Position numbers and translations under genes: made by a program. A stretch of 64,000 nucleotides of DNA, taken from the IMG/VR virus record IMGVR_UViG_3300045974_000462, positions 2,974 through 66,973 of that record. One strand, 5' to 3'. The first letter of the stretch is position 1. The number at the start of each line of letters is the position of its first letter. The notes under the pieces were generated by a model. It did not search any database. It worked only from the letters and a program-made list of their open reading frames with translations, and was not told where the DNA came from. Origin of the DNA: a virus. Shown here in pieces: positions 9,133 through 17,731 of the stretch.

Positions 9133-9163
9133 CGGGAGTCCTTCGGGGTTCCCGTTATTTTTT
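9133..9163 (+). terminator. Terminator
   Basis: cgggagtcc-ttcg-gggttcccg-ttattttt. Confidence 0.75.
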
Positions 9164-9171
9164 CAATTCAT

Positions 9172-9250
9172 GGTGGTGCGACCATTCTGCGGCATCTTCT
9201 ACTATCTGAGGGCGGTGGCGCTCTCCAACAAAAAACTCGGAGGTTATGTC
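9172..9250 (+). promoter_or_regulatory. Promoter cassette copy 3
   Basis: TGCGAC(9177)-17-TACTAT, GAGGGCG/CGCTCTC hairpin. Confidence 0.8.
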
Positions 9251-9475
9251 ATGGCTATTTCGTCTCTGCAGCTCGGTTTCTTCTTTGCGGTCCCTTCCTC
9301 TAAAAAACACGTTACCGTTCCCGTCACGGCGCTTGAGTATTCCGCCATGATCGGTATGTCTATCCGGACCGCTCGTCGTCGGCTGGTTTCCCTCGCTGCC
9401 GCTGGTAAGGCCGAGTGTGTTCCCGTCACCATCCGGTCGTTGCCGATGATTCGTGAGAATCGCTATCTGCTCTAG
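9251..9475 (+). CDS. Small HTH-like protein
   Basis: LEYSAMIGMSIRTARRRLVSL resembles a winged HTH. Confidence 0.6.
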   Translation: MAISSLQLGFFFAVPSSKKHVTVPVTALEYSAMIGMSIRTARRRLVSLAAAGKAECVPVTIRSLPMIRENRYLL

Positions 9476-9484
9476 GAGGCTGTC

Positions 9485-9664
9485 ATGTCTGGTTATATCT
9501 TTTCTGGCTGTTCTGAGTATGGTGTGCGCTGGACGGAGTTCGGTCGCAATGACCGAGCGGTGTCCAAGGAGAAGTTCTTTTCCTCTCGCGAGGCTCGCGA
9601 CAAGTTCGCGGACAAGGTCCGCACCAAGGATTCCTTTTGGCGGTTCGATTCGTGGTTCAACTGA
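9485..9664 (+). CDS. 59-aa hypothetical protein
   Basis: GGAGG RBS, MSGYIFSGCSEYGVRW... Confidence 0.6.
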   Translation: MSGYIFSGCSEYGVRWTEFGRNDRAVSKEKFFSSREARDKFADKVRTKDSFWRFDSWFN

Positions 9665-9668
9665 AAAA

Positions 9669-9700
9669 ACGGGAGTCCTTCGGGGCTCCCGTTTTTTTTT
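9669..9700 (+). terminator. Terminator
   Basis: acgggagtcc-ttcg-gggctcccgt-tttttttt. Confidence 0.85.
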
Positions 9701-9709
9701 GAGTTGTAG

Positions 9710-9786
9710 GGGTAAGCGACCATTCTGCGGGATCTTCTACTATGTGAGGGGAGCGGTCCTCTCCAACAAATTTCGGAGGTTATGTC
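9710..9786 (+). promoter_or_regulatory. Promoter cassette copy 4
   Basis: AGCGAC(9715)-17-TACTAT, hairpin, RBS. Confidence 0.8.
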
Positions 9787-10095
9787 ATGGGATCGGTATC
9801 TGGTAAAATCTGGACGGCGGCTGAGGTGAAGGAAGAATTGAAAACTAAAAACTCTTGGCTCTGTCACGGCATCGTCGCCATCTATCAGCGGCAGACGGCA
9901 GACGAGCAGGCGGCTGAGACCACCATCGAGAACAACGGCGTCGGGTTCAACGGCTGCGATGGCGAGTTCCTCTCCTCCGTGGCAAAACAGTTGCTTGCTG
10001 GCCGGAAGCTGTCGGAGCGGCAGGTCACGGTGTGCCGAAAGGCCATGCTGAAGTATGCCGGTCAACTCTCCAAAATCGCAAACCATCAACTCTAG
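9787..10095 (+). CDS. Conserved phage early-type hypothetical protein
   Basis: IVAIYQRQTADEQ...ENNGVGFNGCD...LSERQ...KYAGQL. Confidence 0.8.
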   Translation: MGSVSGKIWTAAEVKEELKTKNSWLCHGIVAIYQRQTADEQAAETTIENNGVGFNGCDGEFLSSVAKQLLAGRKLSERQVTVCRKAMLKYAGQLSKIANHQL

Positions 10096-10105
10096 GGGGT
10101 ACGTT

Positions 10106-10372
10106 ATGAAAACGATAGAGCAAATTAAAGCCGACCTCGGCGTGTCCGTTGTCTCCATCCGGGTGCTCGTGATCCTCGCCGAGCAGGCTGGTCACGTTGT
10201 CGATGCTCTCGGGTGTGGTGTGAAAACCCGGCGCGACGGCTCTCAGTACGTTCCCTATGCGCAGCAGTATGGCGCTCGCCGTCCTCGCTCTACTGGCTAC
10301 CGGATCGTCGGTTCCGCTCGGGAGGTTGCCGAGTATCTGTTTTCTGAATCCTTGGAGGTGGAGTCATGTTGA
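10106..10372 (+). CDS. Hypothetical protein
   Basis: 88 aa, GGGGG RBS. Confidence 0.65.
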   Translation: MKTIEQIKADLGVSVVSIRVLVILAEQAGHVVDALGCGVKTRRDGSQYVPYAQQYGARRPRSTGYRIVGSAREVAEYLFSESLEVESC

Positions 10373-10698
10373 CCTTTAAAGAAATGCACGACGCTCGGTT
10401 CGCTCTCGTTGTGGATCAAAAACTTACCGGCGAGGCGCTGCTCTCGGCGCTTCGGTTGCTCACGCCTATCCCGGTGCTGGCCATTGACAACCACGGCCAT
10501 CAGTATCCGGTCTGCTTGGAGTCGACTCCTCGCGGCTTGGTGCTCTACTGCGTCGGCGCTCCGTCCGGGTGGTCGCTTCCTGACCTTCTGGACCGGGAGT
10601 ATTCGGGCTGCGGTCTGGCCTTCGACTACGGTCAGGGCTGGTTCTGGATGAATCCTGCAAACGTGCTGGCGTCGATTCCGGCGTATCTGCTCGGGTAG
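10366..10698 (+). CDS. Hypothetical protein
   Basis: 110 aa, GGAG RBS, followed by a terminator. Confidence 0.7.
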   Translation: MLTFKEMHDARFALVVDQKLTGEALLSALRLLTPIPVLAIDNHGHQYPVCLESTPRGLVLYCVGAPSGWSLPDLLDREYSGCGLAFDYGQGWFWMNPANVLASIPAYLLG

Positions 10699-10702
10699 CA
10701 AT

Positions 10703-10729
10703 GGGGAGCCTTCGGGCTCCCTTTTTTTT
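10703..10729 (+). terminator. Terminator
   Basis: gggagcc-ttcg-ggctccc-tttttttt. Confidence 0.85.
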
Positions 10730-10737
10730 GCGTTCAG

Positions 10738-10810
10738 GGTGGTGCGACCATTCTCCGGGATCTTGTATCCTGTGAGGGGTTTCCTCTCTATCTTACTCGG
10801 AGGTGCTGTT
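10738..10810 (+). promoter_or_regulatory. Promoter cassette copy 5
   Basis: TGCGAC(10743)-17-TATCCT, hairpin, RBS. Confidence 0.8.
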
Positions 10811-11089
10811 ATGTCCCATTCCGTCGCTTCGTCGTTCTTCACCGTTGTCCCTGAAACCAAGACCTTTGTTACTGAAATCAGCGATCTCGGCCTTGAGTTC
10901 CGTACCGGCACTACCTTTGGTCGGCGCTTCTTCGAGATCATTCACGAGGGTTTGACGCTCACCATGCTGTTCGTCTCCACCGACCGGAACGCCGACGAGG
11001 TTGTCGGGTGGCGCTTCGGTATCTCTGGTCTGAGTGCTTCCTGCTATCCCGAGTTCGCTGGCTACTCCGCTCTCATCATCAACGATTAA
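10811..11089 (+). CDS. Hypothetical protein
   Basis: 92 aa after cassette 5. Confidence 0.7.
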   Translation: MSHSVASSFFTVVPETKTFVTEISDLGLEFRTGTTFGRRFFEIIHEGLTLTMLFVSTDRNADEVVGWRFGISGLSASCYPEFAGYSALIIND

Positions 11090-11100
11090 CGGAGGTTGTC

Positions 11101-11271
11101 ATGGCGGTCAAATCTCAAATCCCTGTGCATTTTATCCTCGACCGGGTCGCTCCCTGCGGCAAGACGGCGCTCGGGTTGGCGCTCTCGACTCGGTTCTCTT
11201 CTCTTCCATCTTCCGTTCGCGGCTGTCGGGCGTGCCTGCTGGCTGCGGCAAAATTCAAGGAGGCATCATGA
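11101..11271 (+). CDS. Small Cys-rich protein
   Basis: GGAGG RBS; APCG...CRAC. Confidence 0.55.
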   Translation: MAVKSQIPVHFILDRVAPCGKTALGLALSTRFSSLPSSVRGCRACLLAAAKFKEAS

Positions 11272-11492
11272 TTTATCTGGTTCATTTCGCTCCGGAGGCT
11301 GACGGATCGCTTCCTCCGGAAAAGTGGCAGGAGGTCGAGGCGGCGTCTGAGGAGTTGGCGCTTATCGAGGGCATCAAATTGAATGCCTCGGAGCGTCCGC
11401 TGGTGGCCTATGTTGCCGATGGCGACTTCGACTTCCGGCATCCTACTGGCGCTCCGTGTGTTGTTCGGCAGTTCACCATGACGTGGGGGTAA
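11268..11492 (+). CDS. Hypothetical protein
   Basis: ATGA-coupled, GGAGG RBS. Confidence 0.6.
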   Translation: MIYLVHFAPEADGSLPPEKWQEVEAASEELALIEGIKLNASERPLVAYVADGDFDFRHPTGAPCVVRQFTMTWG

Positions 11493-11494
11493 AA

Positions 11495-11875
11495 ATGGAA
11501 CACTCGGAGGAGTGCGTGCAGGCGTTGGAGGAGTTTCGGGTGGCGCTCGCGGTCTATGTAGATCAGTGGCCGGATTACTGCCGGTCATGCAGCGGTCGTG
11601 GCGAGATCGTATTCTCGCAGTCAGTACCATATGGCTCGACGTCGGCCTCGTTCGATGTGTCCGATGTCTGCAGCGATTGCGTGGAGGAGGATAAATGTCC
11701 GAGGTGCGGCGGTCTCGTTCCGGCTGACGATGCCTGTGGTATCGGCATCCCGTCGCCGTTGTGGGGCGAAAATCCGGAGCGGGCGTGTCCGAATTGCGGA
11801 TGGAAGTGGGGAGCAGGTGGGAGTGATTACGTTCCGGAGTCGCCGGAGTGCTTCTGTTGGTTAAAACTTGACTAG
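11495..11875 (+). CDS. Multi-CxxC Zn-finger protein
   Basis: CRSCSGRG, CSDC, CPRCG, CPNCG. Confidence 0.7.
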   Translation: MEHSEECVQALEEFRVALAVYVDQWPDYCRSCSGRGEIVFSQSVPYGSTSASFDVSDVCSDCVEEDKCPRCGGLVPADDACGIGIPSPLWGENPERACPNCGWKWGAGGSDYVPESPECFCWLKLD

Positions 11876-11888
11876 GAGGGTTCATAAA

Positions 11889-12158
11889 ATGGCAAACGTG
11901 GTGCATGTGGATTTCAGTCGCGGTCGTCGTGCTGGTCGCGACGGGTCCGCAGCGAGGCGTGGCGCTGGTAACGACCGGGGGGGTGATGTCTCTGAAAGGT
12001 TGACGCGGGTCCGGGTGGAGTTGCCGGTCATCGGTATGGAGTTCGTGGTTATGGCTCGATCTGAGAAGGATGCCTTCCATCGGGTCTGGGAGCAGTTGGA
12101 TGCGGAGCAGCGGGCAGCGGTCGAGTCTCTGGAGGTGCTTGACGCGTGCTGTTGTTAA
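11889..12158 (+). CDS. Hypothetical protein
   Basis: GGAGG RBS; ends at bidirectional terminator. Confidence 0.6.
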   Translation: MANVVHVDFSRGRRAGRDGSAARRGAGNDRGGDVSERLTRVRVELPVIGMEFVVMARSEKDAFHRVWEQLDAEQRAAVESLEVLDACCC

Positions 12159-12200
12159 AAAAAGGCCGGACGGGGTTGGTTCCCTGTCCGGCCTTTTTTT
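12157..12200. terminator. Bidirectional terminator between convergent units
   Basis: aaaaaaaggccggacgggg..ccctgtccggccttttttt. Confidence 0.85.
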
Positions 12201-12217
12201 GCGTGCTATCGGTGTTG

Positions 12218-13573
12218 CTATATCCCGGCTCTTCTGTTTCGCTCCTCACGCTCCTTGGCTTGCGCGGCACGTTCGTCTGGCAGCGTGTCGTGTTCGCCTC
12301 TCTGGTAGACCTTGACCTCGTTGTTCGGCGAGTATGAGGACCATGCGGATTGTTCAAAATCTCCACCGACTCGCTGCTTGATGTCGTAGTGGTCCCTGTT
12401 AAACTTGATGTGCCGCTGCTCCGGTTCGTACTTGTCCTCGTTGGTGGTGATCTGGACTCTCGGCTTTCCTCCCGGCCATGCCTGGACGTAGACTCCGGCG
12501 TCGTGCATGCCGTATTCCTTCGCCACTTCGACCAGCTTGGTGGCGATCTCGTGCGCCTTGGCGTGCTGGTTCTTCCGAGCGCTCGCCAGTATTGTGTCGT
12601 AGTTTTTGGTATTCCTTGCGGTCGCGTCGGCGTCGTATCGCTCGGTTAGTCCATTCTGTTGGCCTCTTCCCCATGCGTTCGATAGGTCTCCGCTATGGTG
12701 CGGGTTCTTGTTTGCTCCGTGGCCGAGTATCCCGGCTCGTGTCCCGTTGGCCCATGCTTCGTCTTTGGTGGTGGCTACCGCAGCGGGTACTGGTTTCGGT
12801 GCTGGCGCTGTGGTAGGCATGACCGCGAGCGTTACCCAGACGTCTCCGCCTTTGGTGCTGCTTCCCCTCGGAGTCTTGAAAACTTTTGATGTGGTGTTTT
12901 TGCCGGACCCGGTGACGCGGATGTCGTATCCCTGCTCGGCAAACCAGTTGTGCATATCTCCATCGGGGCTCCATCGTTTTTTCAGGCTGTCATGCCTGTC
13001 GTTTCCTCCGTAGTAGTAGCTGTCATAAACCGTCAGGTTTCCCCCTGGGTCGACGGCGGTCCTACCGTTACCTCCGGCTTCGGTGTATCCGAAGTCTGAG
13101 GAGCGGAGCGCTGCTTGGACGGCGAGTGCCGACCTCTTGTCCGGCTTGACGAAGGCTGGCGTCGGTGAGGGCTCTGGCGTCGGCATGGGAGTAGGGTCTG
13201 GTACCGGGTCGGAGTATTTCGGTGGATGTGCCGTCCACTTCATCTCCCCTTTCTGGTGGCCTTCCAGCATCTCGATCTCGTGGAAGTGTCCGCCGTGCAT
13301 GTTCTCCGTGCGACCGGTGTGGCGGGCAGCGTCGCCGTTGATAAAGACCGTTGTTCCCTTCGGTCTGGCGAGCGGGACGTCCGGTGGCCTCGGGTTCTTC
13401 GCGGCGATAATGCTGCTGGTCCCGCTGCGATTGGTCCGGGTGTATCCGACGTGGTGGGGGTCGGCATTTCCGAAGAGGTCAAGTTGCGCCGGGTTGTGTG
13501 CCGCTCTCGCCTTCAGGAGTGCGACCGTGATGGCAGCGGCGTGGGATATGGCCTTCTGGAGTTGGTCGATCAT
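12218..13573 (-). CDS. Tagged putative internal head protein, 451 aa
   Basis: N-tag QLQKAISHAAAITVALLKA..QLDLFG..HHVGYTRTNRSGTSSI; Pro-rich linkers. Confidence 0.8.
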   Translation of the reverse strand: MIDQLQKAISHAAAITVALLKARAAHNPAQLDLFGNADPHHVGYTRTNRSGTSSIIAAKNPRPPDVPLARPKGTTVFINGDAARHTGRTENMHGGHFHEIEMLEGHQKGEMKWTAHPPKYSDPVPDPTPMPTPEPSPTPAFVKPDKRSALAVQAALRSSDFGYTEAGGNGRTAVDPGGNLTVYDSYYYGGNDRHDSLKKRWSPDGDMHNWFAEQGYDIRVTGSGKNTTSKVFKTPRGSSTKGGDVWVTLAVMPTTAPAPKPVPAAVATTKDEAWANGTRAGILGHGANKNPHHSGDLSNAWGRGQQNGLTERYDADATARNTKNYDTILASARKNQHAKAHEIATKLVEVAKEYGMHDAGVYVQAWPGGKPRVQITTNEDKYEPEQRHIKFNRDHYDIKQRVGGDFEQSAWSSYSPNNEVKVYQRGEHDTLPDERAAQAKEREERNRRAGI

Positions 13574-13597
13574 GGCTTATGGCTCCTCGTACCACGG

Positions 13598-14008
13598 TTA
13601 TTTGTTATTCCTGCGGGTTTCGATGTATTTAGTGCCGTGGTTTTCGCTGATTTCGTCGCGGGTATGCTGTTCTTTCCAATCCATGATGATCTTCTGGTTG
13701 TTTTCAAGCGTGCGCAGTTTCTCTATGACGACCTTGTGTTCTCCGTCGTAGAGCCCGACCTTCTCGTTGATGCTGTCGAGTTTGCCGTTTATCCCGTTGC
13801 CCATCATGACAATTATGGCGACTCCTGCCGCGAAAATCAGACCGTTAGATTTCATCCAGAATTTGTTGGTCTTCAGGGTGCTGATGGTGTCCATGTGATC
13901 TCTGCAGGCCGGGTGACTTGAGACTACATCATCTCCGTGCTCGTAGTTGTAATCGTTGAGGCCATTAGCATTGTCGTTATCGGATTTCCTGCGGTTGTGT
14001 GGCTCCAT
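13598..14008 (-). CDS. Single-TM membrane protein with coiled coil
   Basis: RRKSD N-terminus, TM LIFAAGVAIIVMM, GGAG RBS. Confidence 0.7.
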   Translation of the reverse strand: MEPHNRRKSDNDNANGLNDYNYEHGDDVVSSHPACRDHMDTISTLKTNKFWMKSNGLIFAAGVAIIVMMGNGINGKLDSINEKVGLYDGEHKVVIEKLRTLENNQKIIMDWKEQHTRDEISENHGTKYIETRRNNK

Positions 14009-14025
14009 GTTCGTATCTCCTCTTG

Positions 14026-14538
14026 CTATAGAATAACGGGTTTCCCCGGTGTGGCTTGTATTTTGGCTTTGAATTCCTGAAATGGTACGGTTTTGATGGT
14101 CCCGAAGAATCGCGGGTTATCGTAGTGCTTGTGGAATGCGGAGCGGGCCTCGGCGCTGCTCTGCATCCCCAGAAAGACCTTTTGCTCATCGATGCTCTTG
14201 AAGTCTGGCGCTTGCATGATGGTCACCACGTAGACGTTCGGGGCTTCCCGCCAAGGTCCGACAAAAACGTCTAGTTCGTCGCCGTCCATGCCGGTGACTC
14301 CCCTGATGTATCCGTAGGGTATGTGCATCCGGTGGGTGCCGCTGGTCCCGTCGTGCGGGTTGTGCCAGATTCGGTTCCGGCTGCGACCGACCTCGATGCT
14401 GACCGGGATGCCGTTGAAGTCGAGGCGTCCGTCGAGGGTCTTTGGCTGCACCAGCTTGGTGTCCATGCCGTGGCGGTCGACCTCGGCGGCGGCTCGGAGT
14501 TGTGCCTCGGTGAAAAGTGCCTTGACGAGCAGCTTCAT
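14026..14538 (-). CDS. Tagged inorganic pyrophosphatase-like protein (polyvalent-protein InPase family)
   Basis: MKLLVKA start, ATGA-coupled; PYGYIRGVTGMDGDELDVFVGP...DEQKVFLG. Confidence 0.8.
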   Translation of the reverse strand: MKLLVKALFTEAQLRAAAEVDRHGMDTKLVQPKTLDGRLDFNGIPVSIEVGRSRNRIWHNPHDGTSGTHRMHIPYGYIRGVTGMDGDELDVFVGPWREAPNVYVVTIMQAPDFKSIDEQKVFLGMQSSAEARSAFHKHYDNPRFFGTIKTVPFQEFKAKIQATPGKPVIL

Positions 14539-15047
14539 CGCCTTTGCCGTTTCCCGCCTGCTGACTGTGGATGCGCCTCGTGCTCGACAAGGTCGCGCTG
14601 ACCGTAGACGTCGGCGTAATGGTCGACCGTCCATTTGTCGAGGTGCGCGGCGCTGGCAAACGTCTTGCGCCATCGCTCCGGCTTGAGTCGGCTTCCCTCT
14701 CGTGTGCCGTGTGCCTCGATCCCGTAGTGGTCGTGGGGTATCGCTGGCGCTACCGTCCGGCTGATCTCATCGTACTCGTCATCGTTCAGCAGTCCCTCGT
14801 CGCGGGCGGCGTCGAGTTCCGGGCGGGTCACGTTGCTCCCGATATCGTGCCAGTTCTTCCGGGCGTGGTACTCGTCGTCGTTGAAGAGCCCATCCCTGTG
14901 TGCCTGCTCCAGCTCGCCTCGTGACAGGTTCGTCGGCGTCACCTTGTTGTCGTATTCGCGGCGGGTGACGGCGGTTCCTCTGGCGGTGGTGTAGTTGCTG
15001 CCGTGGACGTGGCTTTTGACCAGCAGGTACAGTCCGTTGCGTTTCAT
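14535..15047 (-). CDS. Tagged putative internal head protein with duplicated helical motif
   Basis: AGGAG RBS; YLLVKSHVHGSNYTTARGTAVTRREYDNK; ELxxAxxDGLxNDDEY occurs twice. Confidence 0.75.
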   Translation of the reverse strand: MKRNGLYLLVKSHVHGSNYTTARGTAVTRREYDNKVTPTNLSRGELEQAHRDGLFNDDEYHARKNWHDIGSNVTRPELDAARDEGLLNDDEYDEISRTVAPAIPHDHYGIEAHGTREGSRLKPERWRKTFASAAHLDKWTVDHYADVYGQRDLVEHEAHPQSAGGKRQRR

Positions 15048-17731
15048 CGTGGGGTCTCCTTGCGGCGTGGGTCCGGCAGGCGTAGCGACCTGAAAAGTGA
15101 GCCTTGAGCCCATCCGGCCCGGTCCGGCTTCTCGGTGAGCCCGGACGCGGCCAGTTCCTTGGTGTCGATATGGCGACCGGCTGCGAGTTCGGCTTTCTGT
15201 CGGGCTCGTGTTCGGGCGCTCAGTCCGTCCTCGATCTGGGCCTTGTCGGTCAGGTATGCATGGACTTGTGCCTCGGCCTCGACTACTTTCTGTCGGGTCG
15301 GCTCGTCCAGCTTGTTCCAGTGGGGCAGGTGTTCAAAGCGGTAGTGGCGGAGTTTGTGGAGGTCGTAGTGGTTGTTGGCGTGGGCGAGTTTATTCCCGTA
15401 TGACCGGACGCGGCTATCCTCGTGCTGCCTGACGAGGGTGACCGCTCCGGACGGGATGTTGCGGTAGAATTCGTGGACTAGGGCTTTCTTAAGTCCTAGT
15501 TTGGTGAGAATCCTTCCGGCAATGCTCCGGGGTCCGGCTCCTTGCTCTTTGGTACTGCGGTCTTGGGTTTTAGGGTAGTAGTCTTGGCCGGTGCAGGTTT
15601 CCCCGCTGGAGCAGGTACCGGTGCGGGTGTCGGGGCGTTGGCAGCATCCTGGAGCGCCATCTGCTTTTCGGAGATAGCTATGGCGTCCATGAGGATGCTG
15701 CGTTTCTTCGCGTAAAGTTCTTTCTGCTTCTGTTCGTCGGCCATATGTGCCTCCTGATTTGATAAGTTGCGTCAGGTATCTTACCGATTTTTCAGCGTTA
15801 TCGCTACTCTTTAATTTCGCAAACGCTCCGGTGACTACCTGCTTCTTGTCCTTTGGCTGGTATGGCGTAGCGAAGAAGTCCTCTTGATCGACTTCCTTGG
15901 TGCGGTTGACGATCTCGTTGTGTATGGCCTGCGCGATGGACCCGAGCATGGTGCCGAGTTTGTCGGCGCTCCCGACGTGCTTCTCGATGGCCAGTGCAAA
16001 TTCCTTACCGTAGTCCGTGGCGAATCCCTGTTGATTGCGGTCCGTTCCGTCTCCTCCCAGACCCATGTCGCTCTGTTGAAACATTTGGGAGATGGTGCTG
16101 TTGCCGTTGCGGGCCCGGATGACGTTGCGTATGGCCTCTGTCATGTCAGGTATCACGTTGAATTCGTCGTTTCCATGAAGTTTGGCAAAATGGCCGACTG
16201 CGTTATTGAGCCCACCGATGATCCGCTTCATCCCGCTGTTGGCGCTCTCGGCCATCTGCTTGATCAGTGGTAAGTCTTGATAAATTTTGGCGAAAATTGC
16301 GGACTGTATCCGTTCTGCGCATTGCTTGTTCGGGGTGCCGTTTTCGTCTACGAGACCATCGGCCTCGTTGCGGCCTATCTTCGCAAAAAATCCCTGAATG
16401 AAGGGCAGGCTCGATTGCGCTTCAACATCAAATTCCCCGTCTTCGTTCGGGTTGAATTTGGCGAGCAGGGCGTCGTCTATCCGTCCTCCGTCCACGACTG
16501 CCTGTTGCGTCGGGCTCTCCTTTTTCTGCATTGGTACGTTGGCCTCGTGGGCGAAATTGGCGCGGTTGACTCCCTCCTGTGGCTCCCTGACCCGGACGAT
16601 CATCGGCATCTTCATGCCTTCGGCGGCTGCGGGGTCGATCCCGAATTCCTGCTGTGCGTTCTCGGTGATCCAGTCCTTGTATTCCTTCGCCTTGTCAGGG
16701 TTGGTCTCGTAGGCCATTTTGATTGCCAGAGACCGACCGTTTCCGCTCTCGACCATTCCGTCCTTGCCGACTATGGGCGATCCGTCTGACGCGAGCGGGT
16801 TCTTGCCAAATAACTCAGGCTCCAGCTTGTTCGCCAGTTTGACAATCTGCATCCGGCTGGCGACAGACGATCGGTCTCGGGGCTGGAGTTCGCTCGGGTA
16901 GTCGGTGTTTTCCGCTCCCTCTGCGCTGTGGCTGGTGGTCAAGCTGTCGCCGTCGACGAGGGCGTACTGCACCGGGTACTTCCCGAGGGTGTGGGTGATC
17001 GCGTTGGCCTTGTGTCCGAAGACGAACGTGGGCGCGGCTTTCTTTCCAGAGGAGAACTGCTCCTTCTTTCGCTCCGTCAGGTCGACGGCTCCCTTGATTT
17101 TGCGGTCCGGGTCGCCTCCTGCGGCCTCGACGGTTCCGTCCTTGCCGAGAATAACTTGGTGGCCGTTCTTCTCCATGACCGTGTGTTGTTCGGAGTCGTC
17201 GGCCTCGTGTCCGAAGTGCTTTAGGAGTTTCGTGCGATAGTCGTCTTCGGCCTGGGTATACAGGTTGCTCCGCGAGGTCTTGAATGCCTTTAGGTGGGCG
17301 ACGGGGTCGTCTCCTCCTGTCGCTGTGTGCATTGCCTTTATCTTGGTATTGGAGGTTTTGCGGGCGTCGTTGGTCTTGTTACGCTCCGTCTCGGGATAAA
17401 GGTTTGACTCAAAGTCTGGCCGGTCCTTGGCTTTACCTTCCGGGAGGTCTTTGTTGCGCTTGATGGCTGACTGCTCGCGCTTCTGCCATCCGGAGTCGGT
17501 CAGGTGCTGGAGGAGTTCGGCGTGGTGCGCCAGCTTATTGCCGGGGGAGACTTCTTCGCCGTGGCGGCGCTCGTGGGCGACGAGGTCAGGGTGCTTTATC
17601 ACCTTATTGTCGTGCTCCCTGACCAGAGTCCCGTCTTGACGGGTGTACTGGTGGATATGGCTTTTGGTCAGGGAATCAAAAAAAAAAGGTGCTTCCCCTG
17701 AAGCGGGCCTCCATTTGTCACGGCTACCCAT
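15044..17731 (-). CDS. Large tagged protein with DdrB-like ParB domain; start uncertain, possibly a frameshift fusion to the upstream sigma-like gene
   Basis: LTKSHIHQYTRQDGTLVREHDNK tag; YALVDGDSLTTSH...ELQPRDRS...DGSPIVGKDGMVESGNGRSLA; second tag LKKALVHEFYRNIPSGAVTLVRQHEDSR. Confidence 0.75.
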   Translation of the reverse strand: MGSRDKWRPASGEAPFFFDSLTKSHIHQYTRQDGTLVREHDNKVIKHPDLVAHERRHGEEVSPGNKLAHHAELLQHLTDSGWQKREQSAIKRNKDLPEGKAKDRPDFESNLYPETERNKTNDARKTSNTKIKAMHTATGGDDPVAHLKAFKTSRSNLYTQAEDDYRTKLLKHFGHEADDSEQHTVMEKNGHQVILGKDGTVEAAGGDPDRKIKGAVDLTERKKEQFSSGKKAAPTFVFGHKANAITHTLGKYPVQYALVDGDSLTTSHSAEGAENTDYPSELQPRDRSSVASRMQIVKLANKLEPELFGKNPLASDGSPIVGKDGMVESGNGRSLAIKMAYETNPDKAKEYKDWITENAQQEFGIDPAAAEGMKMPMIVRVREPQEGVNRANFAHEANVPMQKKESPTQQAVVDGGRIDDALLAKFNPNEDGEFDVEAQSSLPFIQGFFAKIGRNEADGLVDENGTPNKQCAERIQSAIFAKIYQDLPLIKQMAESANSGMKRIIGGLNNAVGHFAKLHGNDEFNVIPDMTEAIRNVIRARNGNSTISQMFQQSDMGLGGDGTDRNQQGFATDYGKEFALAIEKHVGSADKLGTMLGSIAQAIHNEIVNRTKEVDQEDFFATPYQPKDKKQVVTGAFAKLKSSDNAEKSVRYLTQLIKSGGTYGRRTEAERTLREETQHPHGRHSYLRKADGAPGCCQRPDTRTGTCSSGETCTGQDYYPKTQDRSTKEQGAGPRSIAGRILTKLGLKKALVHEFYRNIPSGAVTLVRQHEDSRVRSYGNKLAHANNHYDLHKLRHYRFEHLPHWNKLDEPTRQKVVEAEAQVHAYLTDKAQIEDGLSARTRARQKAELAAGRHIDTKELAASGLTEKPDRAGWAQGSLFRSLRLPDPRRKETPR
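15496..15744 (-). CDS. 82-aa Pro/Ala/Lys-rich ORF nested out of frame in the DdrB-like ORF
   Basis: Strong AGGAGG RBS; MADEQKQKELY... Confidence 0.5.
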   Translation of the reverse strand: MADEQKQKELYAKKRSILMDAIAISEKQMALQDAANAPTPAPVPAPAGKPAPAKTTTLKPKTAVPKSKEPDPGALPEGFSPN

